Shown here: in pieces, positions 1-8,769 of the stretch
Layout: each line of letters opens with the position of its first letter
Position numbering within the stretch: position 1 is the stretch's first letter
Source of the DNA: a virus
Taxonomy: Duplodnaviria > Caudoviricetes
Length of the DNA stretch: 32,306 bases
Virus record (IMG/VR): IMGVR_UViG_3300038393_000409
Span: 1-32,306 of that record
Direction: 5' to 3' (one strand)
Made by a program: the position numbers and the translations under genes
Notes under the pieces: model-generated
Database searches by the model: none
Seen by the model: only the letters and a program-made list of their open reading frames with translations
Told to the model about the DNA's origin: nothing

Positions 1-120
1 CAATTACTGGAAGCAGCGCGTAATATCATTCATAATGACGTTAGCAAGCTTCGTCTAGATGAGGAGTATGCTAGAACGTATCTGGATAATATTGATAAGA
101 GGTGTTTGGAAGATGTCTGA
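1..120 (+). CDS. 3' end of a hypothetical protein (partial, runs off window)
   Basis: Frame 1 is open from base 1 (QLLEAARNIIHNDVSKLRLDEEYARTYLDNIDKRCLEDV) to TGA at 118-120. Confidence 0.55.
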   Translation, partial: QLLEAARNIIHNDVSKLRLDEEYARTYLDNIDKRCLEDV

Positions 121-131
121 GATGTTGCTCA

Positions 132-284
132 ATGATGACTCCGGTCGTCGGATTCTTTTCGATCGATACCGGCAACTTAACGAAAGAGGAAGTGGAGAAA
201 GCTTTGAGGAAAGCTCAGAAGAAAAAGAAGTTGAACGAAGGTGATGGTGGAATTGTTCTGGGTCCTCAACTTCTGAATGAGTAA
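132..284 (+). CDS. Small hypothetical protein (MMTPVVGFFS...GPQLLNE)
   Basis: ATG at 132/135 in the 102..284 ORF; fills the gap before the late promoter. Confidence 0.45.
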   Translation: MMTPVVGFFSIDTGNLTKEEVEKALRKAQKKKKLNEGDGGIVLGPQLLNE

Positions 285-299
285 TTAAAGAAGCATACA

Positions 300-339
300 T
301 ATAAATAGACATATCTATCCGTGAGGGAAATATGTCTAT
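300..339 (+). promoter_or_regulatory. T4-type late promoter TATAAATA plus RBS/start-sequestering hairpin for the homing endonuclease
   Basis: TATAAATA at 300-307. The 10-bp inverted repeat ATAGACATAT (305-314)/ATATGTCTAT (330-339) encloses the GAGGG RBS and includes the ATG. Confidence 0.8.
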
Positions 340-979
340 AAAATTGATGATTAAAGAACATTTGCATACAGGGTTAAAATATCTATGTATGACACGAAAA
401 GAAGATCATGAATCATATTCAGGAAGTGGAACTTATTGGCTTGATCATTTAAATCAACATGGTCATCATTTTTCAACAGAAGTTATTTTTGAAACGGATG
501 ATCATGACTTATTTAAAGAAGAAGCTCTTCGGTATTCAAATTTTTATAACGTCGTAGATAGTGATGAATGGGCTAATCTTCGTCCAGAAGAAGGTGATGG
601 TGGAGATACCGTTTCTAATAGAATGTGGATCACAGATGGTTCACAAGAACGTTATATTTTCAAAACAGATGAAATTCCGGAAGGATGGCATCGAGGCCGT
701 TATCGTTGCGTATTTGCTAACACGATAATACAAACGGAATTATCGAAGCGTGTTGATCGTAAGAAAAATGGATTAAAGATAAAAGAAGCATGGGATAAGC
801 GTGATCAAAATAAATTTGGAACGCGAATTATCGGAATAAAAGGTGATAAAAATCCAGCTAAAAGAGAAGAAGTAAAAGAAAAGATACGACAATCACGTCT
901 TAATGCACCTTCTAAAGAATGTCAAATTTGCGGTAGAATGACCAAAAATTTGACTAATCATATGAAGGTGCATAAATGA
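332..979 (+). CDS. Free-standing GIY-YIG/Seg-like homing endonuclease
   Basis: N-terminal TGLKYLCMT...YSGSGTYW...ANL(R)PE nuclease-like motifs, WITDG...IPEGWHRGR module, basic NUMOD-like segment, C-terminal CxxC...H Zn finger; AT-rich relative to flanks. Confidence 0.75.
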   Translation: MSIKLMIKEHLHTGLKYLCMTRKEDHESYSGSGTYWLDHLNQHGHHFSTEVIFETDDHDLFKEEALRYSNFYNVVDSDEWANLRPEEGDGGDTVSNRMWITDGSQERYIFKTDEIPEGWHRGRYRCVFANTIIQTELSKRVDRKKNGLKIKEAWDKRDQNKFGTRIIGIKGDKNPAKREEVKEKIRQSRLNAPSKECQICGRMTKNLTNHMKVHK

Positions 980-2439
980 ACGACAAAGTTATTCTTCAGA
1001 AATATAATGCAGTTAAAGATAAAGTTATAGCAGAATCTGGAATTCTTCAAGAACTTGCTGATGAATTTACTTTTCTAGTTCCTAATCATCAATTTAATCC
1101 AAAGTTTAGAGCTAAACTTTGGAACGGTAAAATTTCTTTAATTTCTCGTTACAAACCTCTTATTTACTCTGGTCTTCGTCATAAGATCAAGGAGTTCTGT
1201 GAAGTTCGAGATTATGAATTTGTAGACGAAGCGTCTGAGAAGTTCGAGCCGATCACTGAAGAGTTCTTATCAAGCTTCATTGACGAACTCGGCCTTCCCA
1301 AGGAGATGAATGGTAAACCCTTCATCGTTCGCGCTGAACAGATCGAAGCTTGTCTAAAAGCTATCAATGAACAGAGACTGACTATCCTAGCACCGACGGG
1401 AGCCGGTAAGTCTCTAATCCTCTACATCATTACTCGATTCTTCAATTTAAAGACGCTGCTTATTGTTCCAACGATCGGTCTTGTCGATCAGATGTTCTCA
1501 GACTGGGAGGAGTATGGTTTCGACTCTGAATCTCACGTTCATAAGATCTTTGGAGGACAATCAAAACACACTGATAAGCAAGTCGTAGTCTCTACTTGGC
1601 AGTCTATTCAGGACATGGACGAAGACTACTTCAGGCAATTTGAAGTTGTTCTGGGAGACGAGGTTCACGGCTTTAAAGCTAAAGAACTTACAGGAATCAT
1701 GGAGCGCTTGACTGATTGTGAGATCAGGATCGGTGCAACTGGATCACTTGATGGTACTCTGACGAATGAGCTCGTCATTCAAGGACTCTTTGGTCCAATA
1801 GTCAGAGTCGCTACAACAGCTGAGCTTATCGAGAGGGGAACGCTCTCTGCACTCTCAATAAAAGCACTCGTCTTAAGACACTCCGAAGAAGTCAGAGACT
1901 CACTGAAGAAAGCTGACTACCAAACTGAGCTCGATTACATCGTGACTTGCGAGAAGAGAAATCAATTCATCAAGAACTTAGCTCTCTCGCTCAAGGGAAA
2001 CACGATGATTCTCTTTCAGTTCGTGGAGAAGCACGGTGAAGTTCTCTTCAAGATGATTGAGAAGGAAGCAAGAGTTCCGGTTCTCTTCGTTGCAGGTAAG
2101 ACACCTAAAGACGAACGTGAGATGATACGTAAATTTGTAAATTCTCAGACTGACTCCATCACAGTCGCTTCGTCCGGTGTGTTTTCAATGGGAACAAACA
2201 TTCCTAACCTTAATAATATGATATTCTCGTCTCCAGCTAAAGCTAGGATTAAGATACTTCAATCTATCGGAAGAACACTGAGACGAACGGTATCAAAATC
2301 AAAAGCTGTGTTATATGATATAGCTGACGATCTTTCTTGGAAGGGAAAGACTAACTATACGCTGAAACACTTTGTTGAGCGTATTAAACTCTATAATCAA
2401 GAATTATTTCCGTACCGCATCTATAAGGTAGATTTGTAA
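976..2439 (+). CDS. uvsW: UvsW SF2 DNA helicase
   Basis: Walker A APTGAGKS, DEVH, TGS(L)DG and QSIGRTLR motifs; N-terminal F..P..QF.P......WNGKI typical of T4-like UvsW. Confidence 0.95.
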   Translation: MNDKVILQKYNAVKDKVIAESGILQELADEFTFLVPNHQFNPKFRAKLWNGKISLISRYKPLIYSGLRHKIKEFCEVRDYEFVDEASEKFEPITEEFLSSFIDELGLPKEMNGKPFIVRAEQIEACLKAINEQRLTILAPTGAGKSLILYIITRFFNLKTLLIVPTIGLVDQMFSDWEEYGFDSESHVHKIFGGQSKHTDKQVVVSTWQSIQDMDEDYFRQFEVVLGDEVHGFKAKELTGIMERLTDCEIRIGATGSLDGTLTNELVIQGLFGPIVRVATTAELIERGTLSALSIKALVLRHSEEVRDSLKKADYQTELDYIVTCEKRNQFIKNLALSLKGNTMILFQFVEKHGEVLFKMIEKEARVPVLFVAGKTPKDEREMIRKFVNSQTDSITVASSGVFSMGTNIPNLNNMIFSSPAKARIKILQSIGRTLRRTVSKSKAVLYDIADDLSWKGKTNYTLKHFVERIKLYNQELFPYRIYKVDL

Positions 2440-3029
2440 TGGCTGTTAAGAAACCCGCGACTAAGAGGAAGGCTCCGGTTAAGAAGGCAGAGGAACCTGA
2501 GTTGAAGACTGAGCTCTGTTACTTTAAGCTCATCACTGGAGATGAAATCATAGGTCACGTCGATGAGACGATGTTCTACGATGATGGGCTAATCGTTGTA
2601 GTAAAGCCGATGCGTCTGATGTTCTATGGTGAACAGATCATTCTGTCTCCATGGGGTCTTGCGTCTCAGAATCCAGATATTTTTACATTTCCGATGTATC
2701 ACGTCGTTTCAATCTATCCGGTAGATGAGCAGATGAAGATACTTCACACTGTTGCTCATGACAGTTATGATCTGAACAAGATGTACTTTGACCAACGCAT
2801 CTTCAATTCTATTCAAGCACATCGTCGCCTTCAGTCTCGTCGCTCGGGTCTCTTTGATCCGACTGACGAAGATCTTCGAGACATCGAGAACGAGGAGAAG
2901 AAGGGAAAGACTATCACAGCTTCCTCAGCTGTTCCTGAGAGCGTTCGTACTAGAAATGATATCATCGATTCCCTGGTTGAGCTGGCGGAGAAAGCGGGTA
3001 AAGGAAAGAATGCCAGTCGGAAAAACTAA
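2439..3029 (+). CDS. Sm-like domain hypothetical protein (conserved position between uvsW and gp55)
   Basis: FKLITGDEIIG...KPMRL...PW pattern; synteny; basic K/P/A-rich N-terminal tail. Confidence 0.55.
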   Translation: MAVKKPATKRKAPVKKAEEPELKTELCYFKLITGDEIIGHVDETMFYDDGLIVVVKPMRLMFYGEQIILSPWGLASQNPDIFTFPMYHVVSIYPVDEQMKILHTVAHDSYDLNKMYFDQRIFNSIQAHRRLQSRRSGLFDPTDEDLRDIENEEKKGKTITASSAVPESVRTRNDIIDSLVELAEKAGKGKNASRKN

Positions 3030-3516
3030 GAAGAAGACTACGAACTACGTCAACAACAAAGTTCTACACGCTGAGTTCATTAAGTATAGAGAGCAGCCAG
3101 AGCCTCGAGCTATATCAAACATAATCGGTGATGCGATCTTAAAGATATGTCATGGGTTGTCGTATAAAAGCAACTTCATCGGATATACGTATAAGGACGA
3201 GATGATAGACGATGCAGTGGAGAACTGCATCTACGCAGTCAAACACTTCGATCCATATAAGTACAAGAATCCACACGCGTACTTTACTATGGTAGCGTGG
3301 AGAGCCTTCATTCGCCGTATCTCGCTGGAGAAGAAGGAAACGTACATCAAACACAAGAACTTCCAGAATGGATACGATAACATTGGTTCAGCTCCCAACG
3401 AACACTCACACGCCGTAATTGAAGCGTTTGAGAAAAAATTGACAGAGCAAAAGAAGAAAACGAAAAACAAAAACTTACTTGCTTTAGTGAATGAAGAGCT
3501 AAATAAAGAAGAGTAA
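3010..3516 (+). CDS. gp55: Late-transcription sigma factor gp55
   Basis: NYVNNK...IG.AILKI..GLSYK.NFIGYTYKDEMIDDAVENC...FDP.K.KNPHAYFT..AWRAFIRRI..EKK. True start is probably the ATG at 3010 after AGGAAAG. Confidence 0.93.
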   Translation: MPVGKTKKKTTNYVNNKVLHAEFIKYREQPEPRAISNIIGDAILKICHGLSYKSNFIGYTYKDEMIDDAVENCIYAVKHFDPYKYKNPHAYFTMVAWRAFIRRISLEKKETYIKHKNFQNGYDNIGSAPNEHSHAVIEAFEKKLTEQKKKTKNKNLLALVNEELNKEE

Positions 3517-3528
3517 AATGTACATTTT

Positions 3529-3558
3529 ACTAAATACTTCATATCAACTATGGAGTAT
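3529..3558 (+). promoter_or_regulatory. Late promoter variant ACTAAATA plus RBS-sequestering hairpin
   Basis: ACTAAATA at 3529-3536. ATACTTCATA (3534-3543) pairs with TATGGAGTAT (3549-3558, one G-U), burying the GGAG RBS of the ATG at 3562. Confidence 0.72.
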
Positions 3559-3561
3559 GCA

Positions 3562-4179
3562 ATGTCTGGATTCATTTATCTTTGGTATGATCGAAAACAT
3601 GAAAGATTTTATTTAGGTAAGCATTGGGGTACTGTAGACGATGGATATATTTGTTCATCTACATGGATGAAAAATGCTTATAAACGTCGATCTAGTGATT
3701 TCAAGCGTAAGATTCTCGAATGGGTTTATACTGATAGAAAAGATCTTGCAGACGCAGAACACCGATGGGGTTCTATGATTAAAAAGGAAGAACTAGGTAA
3801 GAAATATTATAATCTAAAGATTCCCAGAGATCGTCATTGGTATGATGATTCCGACCAACTACTCAATGTCGGTCAGAAAATTTCTAAGATCCTAACAGGA
3901 AAAACAATCTCAGATGAAACGCGTCAAAAAATGTCAAAACCTAAGTCTGAAGAACATCGACGAAAAATGTCAAAACCTAAGTCTGAAGAACATCGACGAA
4001 AAATGTCAAAACCTAAGTCTGAAGAACATCGACGAAAATTATCAGAAGTAATGAAAGGTAGAGAAAATTTTCTTAAAGGTAAAAATGCTCCTATAGTTTC
4101 TTGCCCTCACTGCGGAAAAGAAGGTGGAATACACGCTATGAAACGTTGGCACTTTGGACATTGTAAAAATAGAACATGA
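3562..4179 (+). CDS. Free-standing GIY-YIG/Seg-like homing endonuclease with NUMOD3-type repeats
   Basis: GFIYLW...FYLGKH.G..DDGYICSS, YYNL, SEETRQKMS/SEEHRRKMS repeats, C-terminal CPHCGKEG...MKRWHF..CK; AT-rich. Confidence 0.85.
   Translation: MSGFIYLWYDRKHERFYLGKHWGTVDDGYICSSTWMKNAYKRRSSDFKRKILEWVYTDRKDLADAEHRWGSMIKKEELGKKYYNLKIPRDRHWYDDSDQLLNVGQKISKILTGKTISDETRQKMSKPKSEEHRRKMSKPKSEEHRRKMSKPKSEEHRRKLSEVMKGRENFLKGKNAPIVSCPHCGKEGGIHAMKRWHFGHCKNRT
3931..4038 (+). repeat. Perfect 36-bp tandem repeat x3 (encodes MSKPKSEEHRRK)
   Basis: ATGTCAAAACCTAAGTCTGAAGAACATCGACGAAAA at 3931, 3967 and 4003. Confidence 0.97.
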
Positions 4180-5255
4180 AAATTCCTTTAATTTGTGATA
4201 CTCACTGGGGTGTTAGGAATGATAATCGCGCAATTCTTGATAACAACAAAAAATTTTTAGATAATGTTTATTTTCCGTATCTAAAAGAACATAACGTTAA
4301 AGAAATGATATTTCTCGGTGATCTTCTCGATCGCCGTAAGTATGTAAATTTCCTTACAGCTAAGCGTCTAAGGGAAGACTTCATTGAACCTCACATTGAT
4401 CTAGGATGCTACGTGCACTTGATCCTAGGTAATCACGATGTTTACTATAAGAATACCAATGAAGTGAGTGGTGTTAAAGAACTATATGGTAACTACTGCA
4501 AAGACTATGAACTTAACATCTATAGTACAGCAGTCGATGGTAAATTATCAGATGGAACATTAGTTCTCTTCGTTCCGTGGATCTGCGACGCTAACCGTCA
4601 AGCAACAATGGAAGTTATTGAGTCAACTAAAGCTCAGATATGCTTGGGTCACCTCGAGCTAAAGGATTTCGCTTTTGATAGACACACCATCGCAGCTCAC
4701 GGAGATGACGCATCTATTTTTAGAAAATTCGACTTCGTTGGATCGGGGCACTACCATCACAAATCTTCTCAGGGAAACATTCACTACCTCGGTGCACACG
4801 CTGAGTTTACGTGGTCGGATCACAAAGACCCACGTGGATTTCACGTGTTCGATACAGTAACTCGAGAGCTGGAGTTTATTGAGAATCCATATCGAATGTT
4901 TGAGAAGCTCCACTACACCGATGTGGAGCTTGATATGAAGGAAGTTCTTGAAGAGTACGATTTTACACAGCTGACTAATAAGTATGTCAAAGTTGTAGTT
5001 CGTGATAGGAACGACGTCGCTCTCTTCAACGTGTTCATGGATCGAGTTGAGAAGTCGAATCCACTCGATATTCAAGTCGTAGACGATCATCTGAATTTAA
5101 ACTTAACTGAAGATGATACCATTATAGATGAAGCGGAAGATACGCTAACGATTTTAAAGAAAACTGTTTTATCTACAAACACATCGGGAATCGATCCGAT
5201 CAAACTTGATAAATTCATCAGTTCATTATATAGTGAGGCACTTCAAAATGAGTAG
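4176..5255 (+). CDS. gp47: Recombination nuclease subunit gp47 (Mre11/SbcD-like)
   Basis: DTHWG, GDLLDRRK, GNHD, GHLEL and SGHYHH phosphoesterase motifs; upstream of gp46. Confidence 0.95.
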   Translation: MKIPLICDTHWGVRNDNRAILDNNKKFLDNVYFPYLKEHNVKEMIFLGDLLDRRKYVNFLTAKRLREDFIEPHIDLGCYVHLILGNHDVYYKNTNEVSGVKELYGNYCKDYELNIYSTAVDGKLSDGTLVLFVPWICDANRQATMEVIESTKAQICLGHLELKDFAFDRHTIAAHGDDASIFRKFDFVGSGHYHHKSSQGNIHYLGAHAEFTWSDHKDPRGFHVFDTVTRELEFIENPYRMFEKLHYTDVELDMKEVLEEYDFTQLTNKYVKVVVRDRNDVALFNVFMDRVEKSNPLDIQVVDDHLNLNLTEDDTIIDEAEDTLTILKKTVLSTNTSGIDPIKLDKFISSLYSEALQNE

Positions 5256-5619
5256 AATTTATACGATAAACTGTCCCCAACGTGATGGTATGTACCCTGT
5301 TAATCTGGGATTTGTATTTCTCAATAAGAAGTTCTTTTCAAGGATTGTTATCACACGTCCCGCTGCAACACGTAATGATCCGACGTTTCCTGTCGTACTC
5401 GATATAGATACAGATGAAGCCGGTGATATTGAAGTTTTCTTTGATGGACAACTTCTATCTGCAGAGAGTGGTAGCTCCCTACACATTGATCCCAACGTTG
5501 TGTTTGTTAATCAGTTTAAAACTCCCGATGAATTTATAGAGTGCTACGCTCGGGAAACGAGAAACGATCTTCTCAATTGTGGATTTCCTGTAGAATTGCT
5601 TGATCAGTATACATTCTAA
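5248..5619 (+). CDS. Hypothetical protein
   Basis: ATG at 5248 overlaps the gp47 end; its stop overlaps the gp46 start. Confidence 0.6.
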   Translation: MSRIYTINCPQRDGMYPVNLGFVFLNKKFFSRIVITRPAATRNDPTFPVVLDIDTDEAGDIEVFFDGQLLSAESGSSLHIDPNVVFVNQFKTPDEFIECYARETRNDLLNCGFPVELLDQYTF

Positions 5620-7331
5620 TGAATCTCTACTTTCTTAAAATTAGCTGGAAGAACTTTTTAAGTACCGGCAATCTCATGACTGAGATGAACCTCACTGACG
5701 ACAAGATGACTCTGATTGTTGGTGAGAATGGTGCGGGAAAATCGACTATGCTCGATGTTCTCTGCTTTGTCTTGTTTAACAAGCCGTTCAGAAAGATCAA
5801 TAAGCCTCAGTTATGCAACAGCGCTACTAAGAAGGATTGTCTGGGATACGTTGAGTTCAAGACGCGTGGTTCTCATTATAAGATCGTTCGAGGGATTAGA
5901 CCGAGCGTTTTTGAGATCTGGAAGGATGGTGTTCTGATCAATCAGGACGCAAAGAGTCTCGATTATCAAGCACATCTAGAAAAACACATTCTCAGGACTA
6001 ACTTCAAGACGTTCTGTCAGATTGTGATTTTGGGTTCAGCTTCGTTTGTTCCATTCATGCAGCTTCCGGGTGGTCAACGCAGGGAGATCACAGAAGACGT
6101 TCTCGACCTGAAAATCTTTACTTCTATGAACTCTATCTTGAAAACTCGTTTCTCAAGTGTAGAAAGGTTAATTCAGGATAAGAAACGTGAAAAAGATGTT
6201 CTCTCGACTAAGATTAGTATGGCTAAGAAGCACACTAAGCAGTTGGTCGAGGAGAAGCAGAAGCAGATATGGGAGAAAGAAGAGAAGATCACCGCTCTTG
6301 ACTTTGAGCGACAGGATTATGGAATACTGATACATCAGAAGAGAAAGGAAGTCGAGGATATCTTAGCGGAGATCGCCGGCTGGGAATCTATTCAGAAGCG
6401 TGCTAGTAAGATGCGGTCGATCAAGAACCAGCTTGATGGTAAGATATCATCACTACTTCAGGACATCAAGTTCTTGAACGATCACGATAACTGTCCCACC
6501 TGCAACCAGGAGATCAACGGCAACTTTAAGGAGTGCACCGTATCTTCTAAGAAAGATGCATTAGCTGAGACGGAAGCTGGAATTAAACTTCTAGAAGAAC
6601 AATATTTGAAAGTTGAGGAACAACTTCAGAAGGCTACCGAAGCTAATAAGAGAGTCTCCGACATTAACGTCGAGATCTACGTGCTGCAAACGAAGATCGA
6701 CACAGTTGATAAGTACAGAAAAACACTTGAACGTGAACTGGAGAATCTCGATACTGAGCAGAAGGAGATAACTAGAGAATCTCTGGATGTTCTAGAGCGT
6801 GAACTCGAGGAGCTTGAAGCTGAGAAGAAGGAACTTGAGAACCAACTGTATATGATGGAGTACGTCTCCGTCCTCTTGAAAGACACTGGGATCAAGGCTA
6901 AGATCATCAAGCAGTATGTTCCGATCATCAACAAGCTGATCAATAAGTACTTAGCCTCACTCGATTTCTTTGTGGACTTCAACATGGATGAGAATTTCGA
7001 GGAGACTATCAAGTCTAGAGGTAGGGATGACTTCTCATATAACTCGTTCTCAGAGGGTGAGAAGATGAGGATCGATCTAGCTGTTCTCTTTGCTTGGAGA
7101 GCGGTTGCTAAACTTCGGTCATCGATCAACACTAACCTTCTCATCATGGATGAAGTGTTCGACAGTTCACTAGATGCCGCGGGTATCGAGGAGTTCATGA
7201 AGATCCTGGGTAAGGTCACCGAAGACAACAACGTCTTCGTCATCTCTCATAAAGCCGATCAACTCTATGATCAGTTTGAGAAAGTGATCAAGTTTGAAAA
7301 ACACAACAACTTTAGTAAGATAGCTCAATGA
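5619..7331 (+). CDS. gp46: Recombination ATPase subunit gp46 (Rad50/SbcC-like)
   Basis: GENGAGKS Walker A, coiled coils with CPTC zinc hook, FSEGE signature, LIMDEVFD Walker B, ISH. Confidence 0.96.
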   Translation: MNLYFLKISWKNFLSTGNLMTEMNLTDDKMTLIVGENGAGKSTMLDVLCFVLFNKPFRKINKPQLCNSATKKDCLGYVEFKTRGSHYKIVRGIRPSVFEIWKDGVLINQDAKSLDYQAHLEKHILRTNFKTFCQIVILGSASFVPFMQLPGGQRREITEDVLDLKIFTSMNSILKTRFSSVERLIQDKKREKDVLSTKISMAKKHTKQLVEEKQKQIWEKEEKITALDFERQDYGILIHQKRKEVEDILAEIAGWESIQKRASKMRSIKNQLDGKISSLLQDIKFLNDHDNCPTCNQEINGNFKECTVSSKKDALAETEAGIKLLEEQYLKVEEQLQKATEANKRVSDINVEIYVLQTKIDTVDKYRKTLERELENLDTEQKEITRESLDVLERELEELEAEKKELENQLYMMEYVSVLLKDTGIKAKIIKQYVPIINKLINKYLASLDFFVDFNMDENFEETIKSRGRDDFSYNSFSEGEKMRIDLAVLFAWRAVAKLRSSINTNLLIMDEVFDSSLDAAGIEEFMKILGKVTEDNNVFVISHKADQLYDQFEKVIKFEKHNNFSKIAQ

Positions 7332-8002
7332 CATTTGCTAATATGTACGGTGGCGTTCGCACCGTTAAAGAAGAACGCAACGAGCACGATCACTATCCAA
7401 CTCATCCATTCGCTACATATGCTTTATTGAAGTATCACGGTGCTCCACGTAAGATCTGGGAGCCCGCGGCGGGGCGCGGCTGGATGGCTTGGGAACTGAA
7501 CAGATGCAAAAGAGAAGTGTTTGCATCAGATCTCTATCATTATGATAATCCAGTTACTTCCTCGATTATATCTGGAAGAGATTTTTTGAAGTCTAAAGTA
7601 GATGTCGATGGGATCATCACCAATCCTCCATACGGCAAGAACATGGCCCAGAAGTTCATCGAGCATTCTATATCACTGGTGCCTTACACAGCTATGATGT
7701 GTCGATTAACGTTCGCTGAGTCTAACAGACGTCTGAAACTCTTTACAGAGACACCGCCATCTAACGTTCTTATTTTTTCCGGCCGTTTCTCGTGTAATGA
7801 AGACAGGTGGGATACAGAAAAGAAAGCTACGTCTGGAATGGTCGCTTATGCTTGGTGGATCTGGGACAACACAAAACCGTTTCAGGGCACGTTCACAAAT
7901 TGGATCGACACAAAATCAATTTATCGAGAATGGAGAGATTCTCTGTCTCCAGATGATAAGAAGCATTTTCTAGATTGTCTTCCAAAGACATCTGATAAAT
8001 AG
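7328..8002 (+). CDS. DNA amino-methyltransferase (N6-A/N4-C type)
   Basis: DHYPTHP, WEPAAGRG (SAM binding), DFL, ITNPPY catalytic motif. Confidence 0.8.
   Translation: MTFANMYGGVRTVKEERNEHDHYPTHPFATYALLKYHGAPRKIWEPAAGRGWMAWELNRCKREVFASDLYHYDNPVTSSIISGRDFLKSKVDVDGIITNPPYGKNMAQKFIEHSISLVPYTAMMCRLTFAESNRRLKLFTETPPSNVLIFSGRFSCNEDRWDTEKKATSGMVAYAWWIWDNTKPFQGTFTNWIDTKSIYREWRDSLSPDDKKHFLDCLPKTSDK
7994..8001 (+). promoter_or_regulatory. Late promoter variant GATAAATA
   Basis: Matches NATAAATA about 30 nt upstream of a gene with a strong AAGGAG RBS. Confidence 0.5.
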
Positions 8003-8031
8003 TACGTGAACACATTATAAAGGAGAGAAGA

Positions 8032-8175
8032 ATGGGAACATTGATTTTGATTGCTTTAGTTGCAGCAGGTACTTACGTTGCTTGGAAGAAGTTCGGTAAG
8101 AAGTCGTCCGCTCCGGTAGTACAGTCCAACGCTGCACCGACACCCGTATCTAATACGACTTCTACAAAAGTGTAA
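8032..8175 (+). CDS. Small single-pass membrane protein, 47 aa (not in ORF track)
   Basis: AAGGAG RBS; MGTLILIALVAAGTYVAWKKFGKKSSAPVVQSNAAPTPVSNTTSTKV*. Confidence 0.75.
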   Translation: MGTLILIALVAAGTYVAWKKFGKKSSAPVVQSNAAPTPVSNTTSTKV

Positions 8176-8183
8176 CTAACCCC

Positions 8184-8213
8184 TTGATCCTGTAAAACGT
8201 TTTACAGGATCAA
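8184..8213. terminator. Perfect 30-bp palindrome; probable terminator overlapping a putative early promoter
   Basis: TTGATCCTGTAAAACGTTTTACAGGATCAA is self-complementary and followed by CTTTT. GTGTAA (8170-8175)-N17-TAAAAC (8193-8198) overlaps it. Confidence 0.7.
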
Positions 8214-8232
8214 CTTTTATCATGAGTTTGCT

Positions 8233-8769
8233 ATGACAGATGAGATAGACGCTATTCCTCAGGGAAATCTCCATGAGATCGTAAAGAGCAGAGCGGCTCT
8301 TTTGAAACCGTGCGAGGAATTTGATTTCACTAATCCTCAAGTTGATCCGATCCAGTTAGCCGCAGATCTCGTTAAGACGATGTATGCGTATAATGGCATT
8401 GGTCTAGCTGCTAATCAGATCGGTGTTCCATACCGCGTTTTTGCTATGCGAACTGCGCCGAAAAATACTGTAGTCTTCAATCCCAAGATCATTCACTACG
8501 AACCGGAAACCGAGCTTCTAGAAGAAGGTTGTTTGTCATTTCCTGGTTACGTTGTCAAGATAAAGAGATATAAACTCATTCGAGTTCGCTTCTCCTATCC
8601 AAACGGTGAAGTGAAGACAGAAACCTACAAGGGATTAACATCTCGTGTTTTTCAACACGAGATGGAGCATTTAAACGGACAGATATTCTACGACAACGCA
8701 TCTAAGTATCACCGCGATCAAGCGGATCGTCGATTTAAGAAATATGAGAGGAATAAGAAAGCAGCATGA
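8233..8769 (+). CDS. def: Peptide deformylase
   Basis: GIGLAANQIG, EGCLSFP and QHEMEHLNG motifs. Confidence 0.95.
   Translation: MTDEIDAIPQGNLHEIVKSRAALLKPCEEFDFTNPQVDPIQLAADLVKTMYAYNGIGLAANQIGVPYRVFAMRTAPKNTVVFNPKIIHYEPETELLEEGCLSFPGYVVKIKRYKLIRVRFSYPNGEVKTETYKGLTSRVFQHEMEHLNGQIFYDNASKYHRDQADRRFKKYERNKKAA

Noticed and set aside
59-244. 61-aa plus-strand ORF
   Set aside because: It overlaps both the partial upstream gene and the 132-284 ORF; it cannot be fully excluded but has no independent support.
2788-3009. N-terminal extension of gp55
   Set aside because: It overlaps the upstream gene in another frame; gp55 similarity and the RBS begin at 3010.
3931-4038. 36-bp repeats as a CRISPR array
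   Set aside because: The units are directly adjacent with no spacers and are in frame within a protein-coding NUMOD3 region.
6677-7243. 188-aa minus-strand ORF and similar antisense ORFs (e.g. 4659-5090, 29830-30177, 30450-30779)
   Set aside because: They lie opposite well-supported core genes and have low-complexity, Ser-rich translations typical of shadows.
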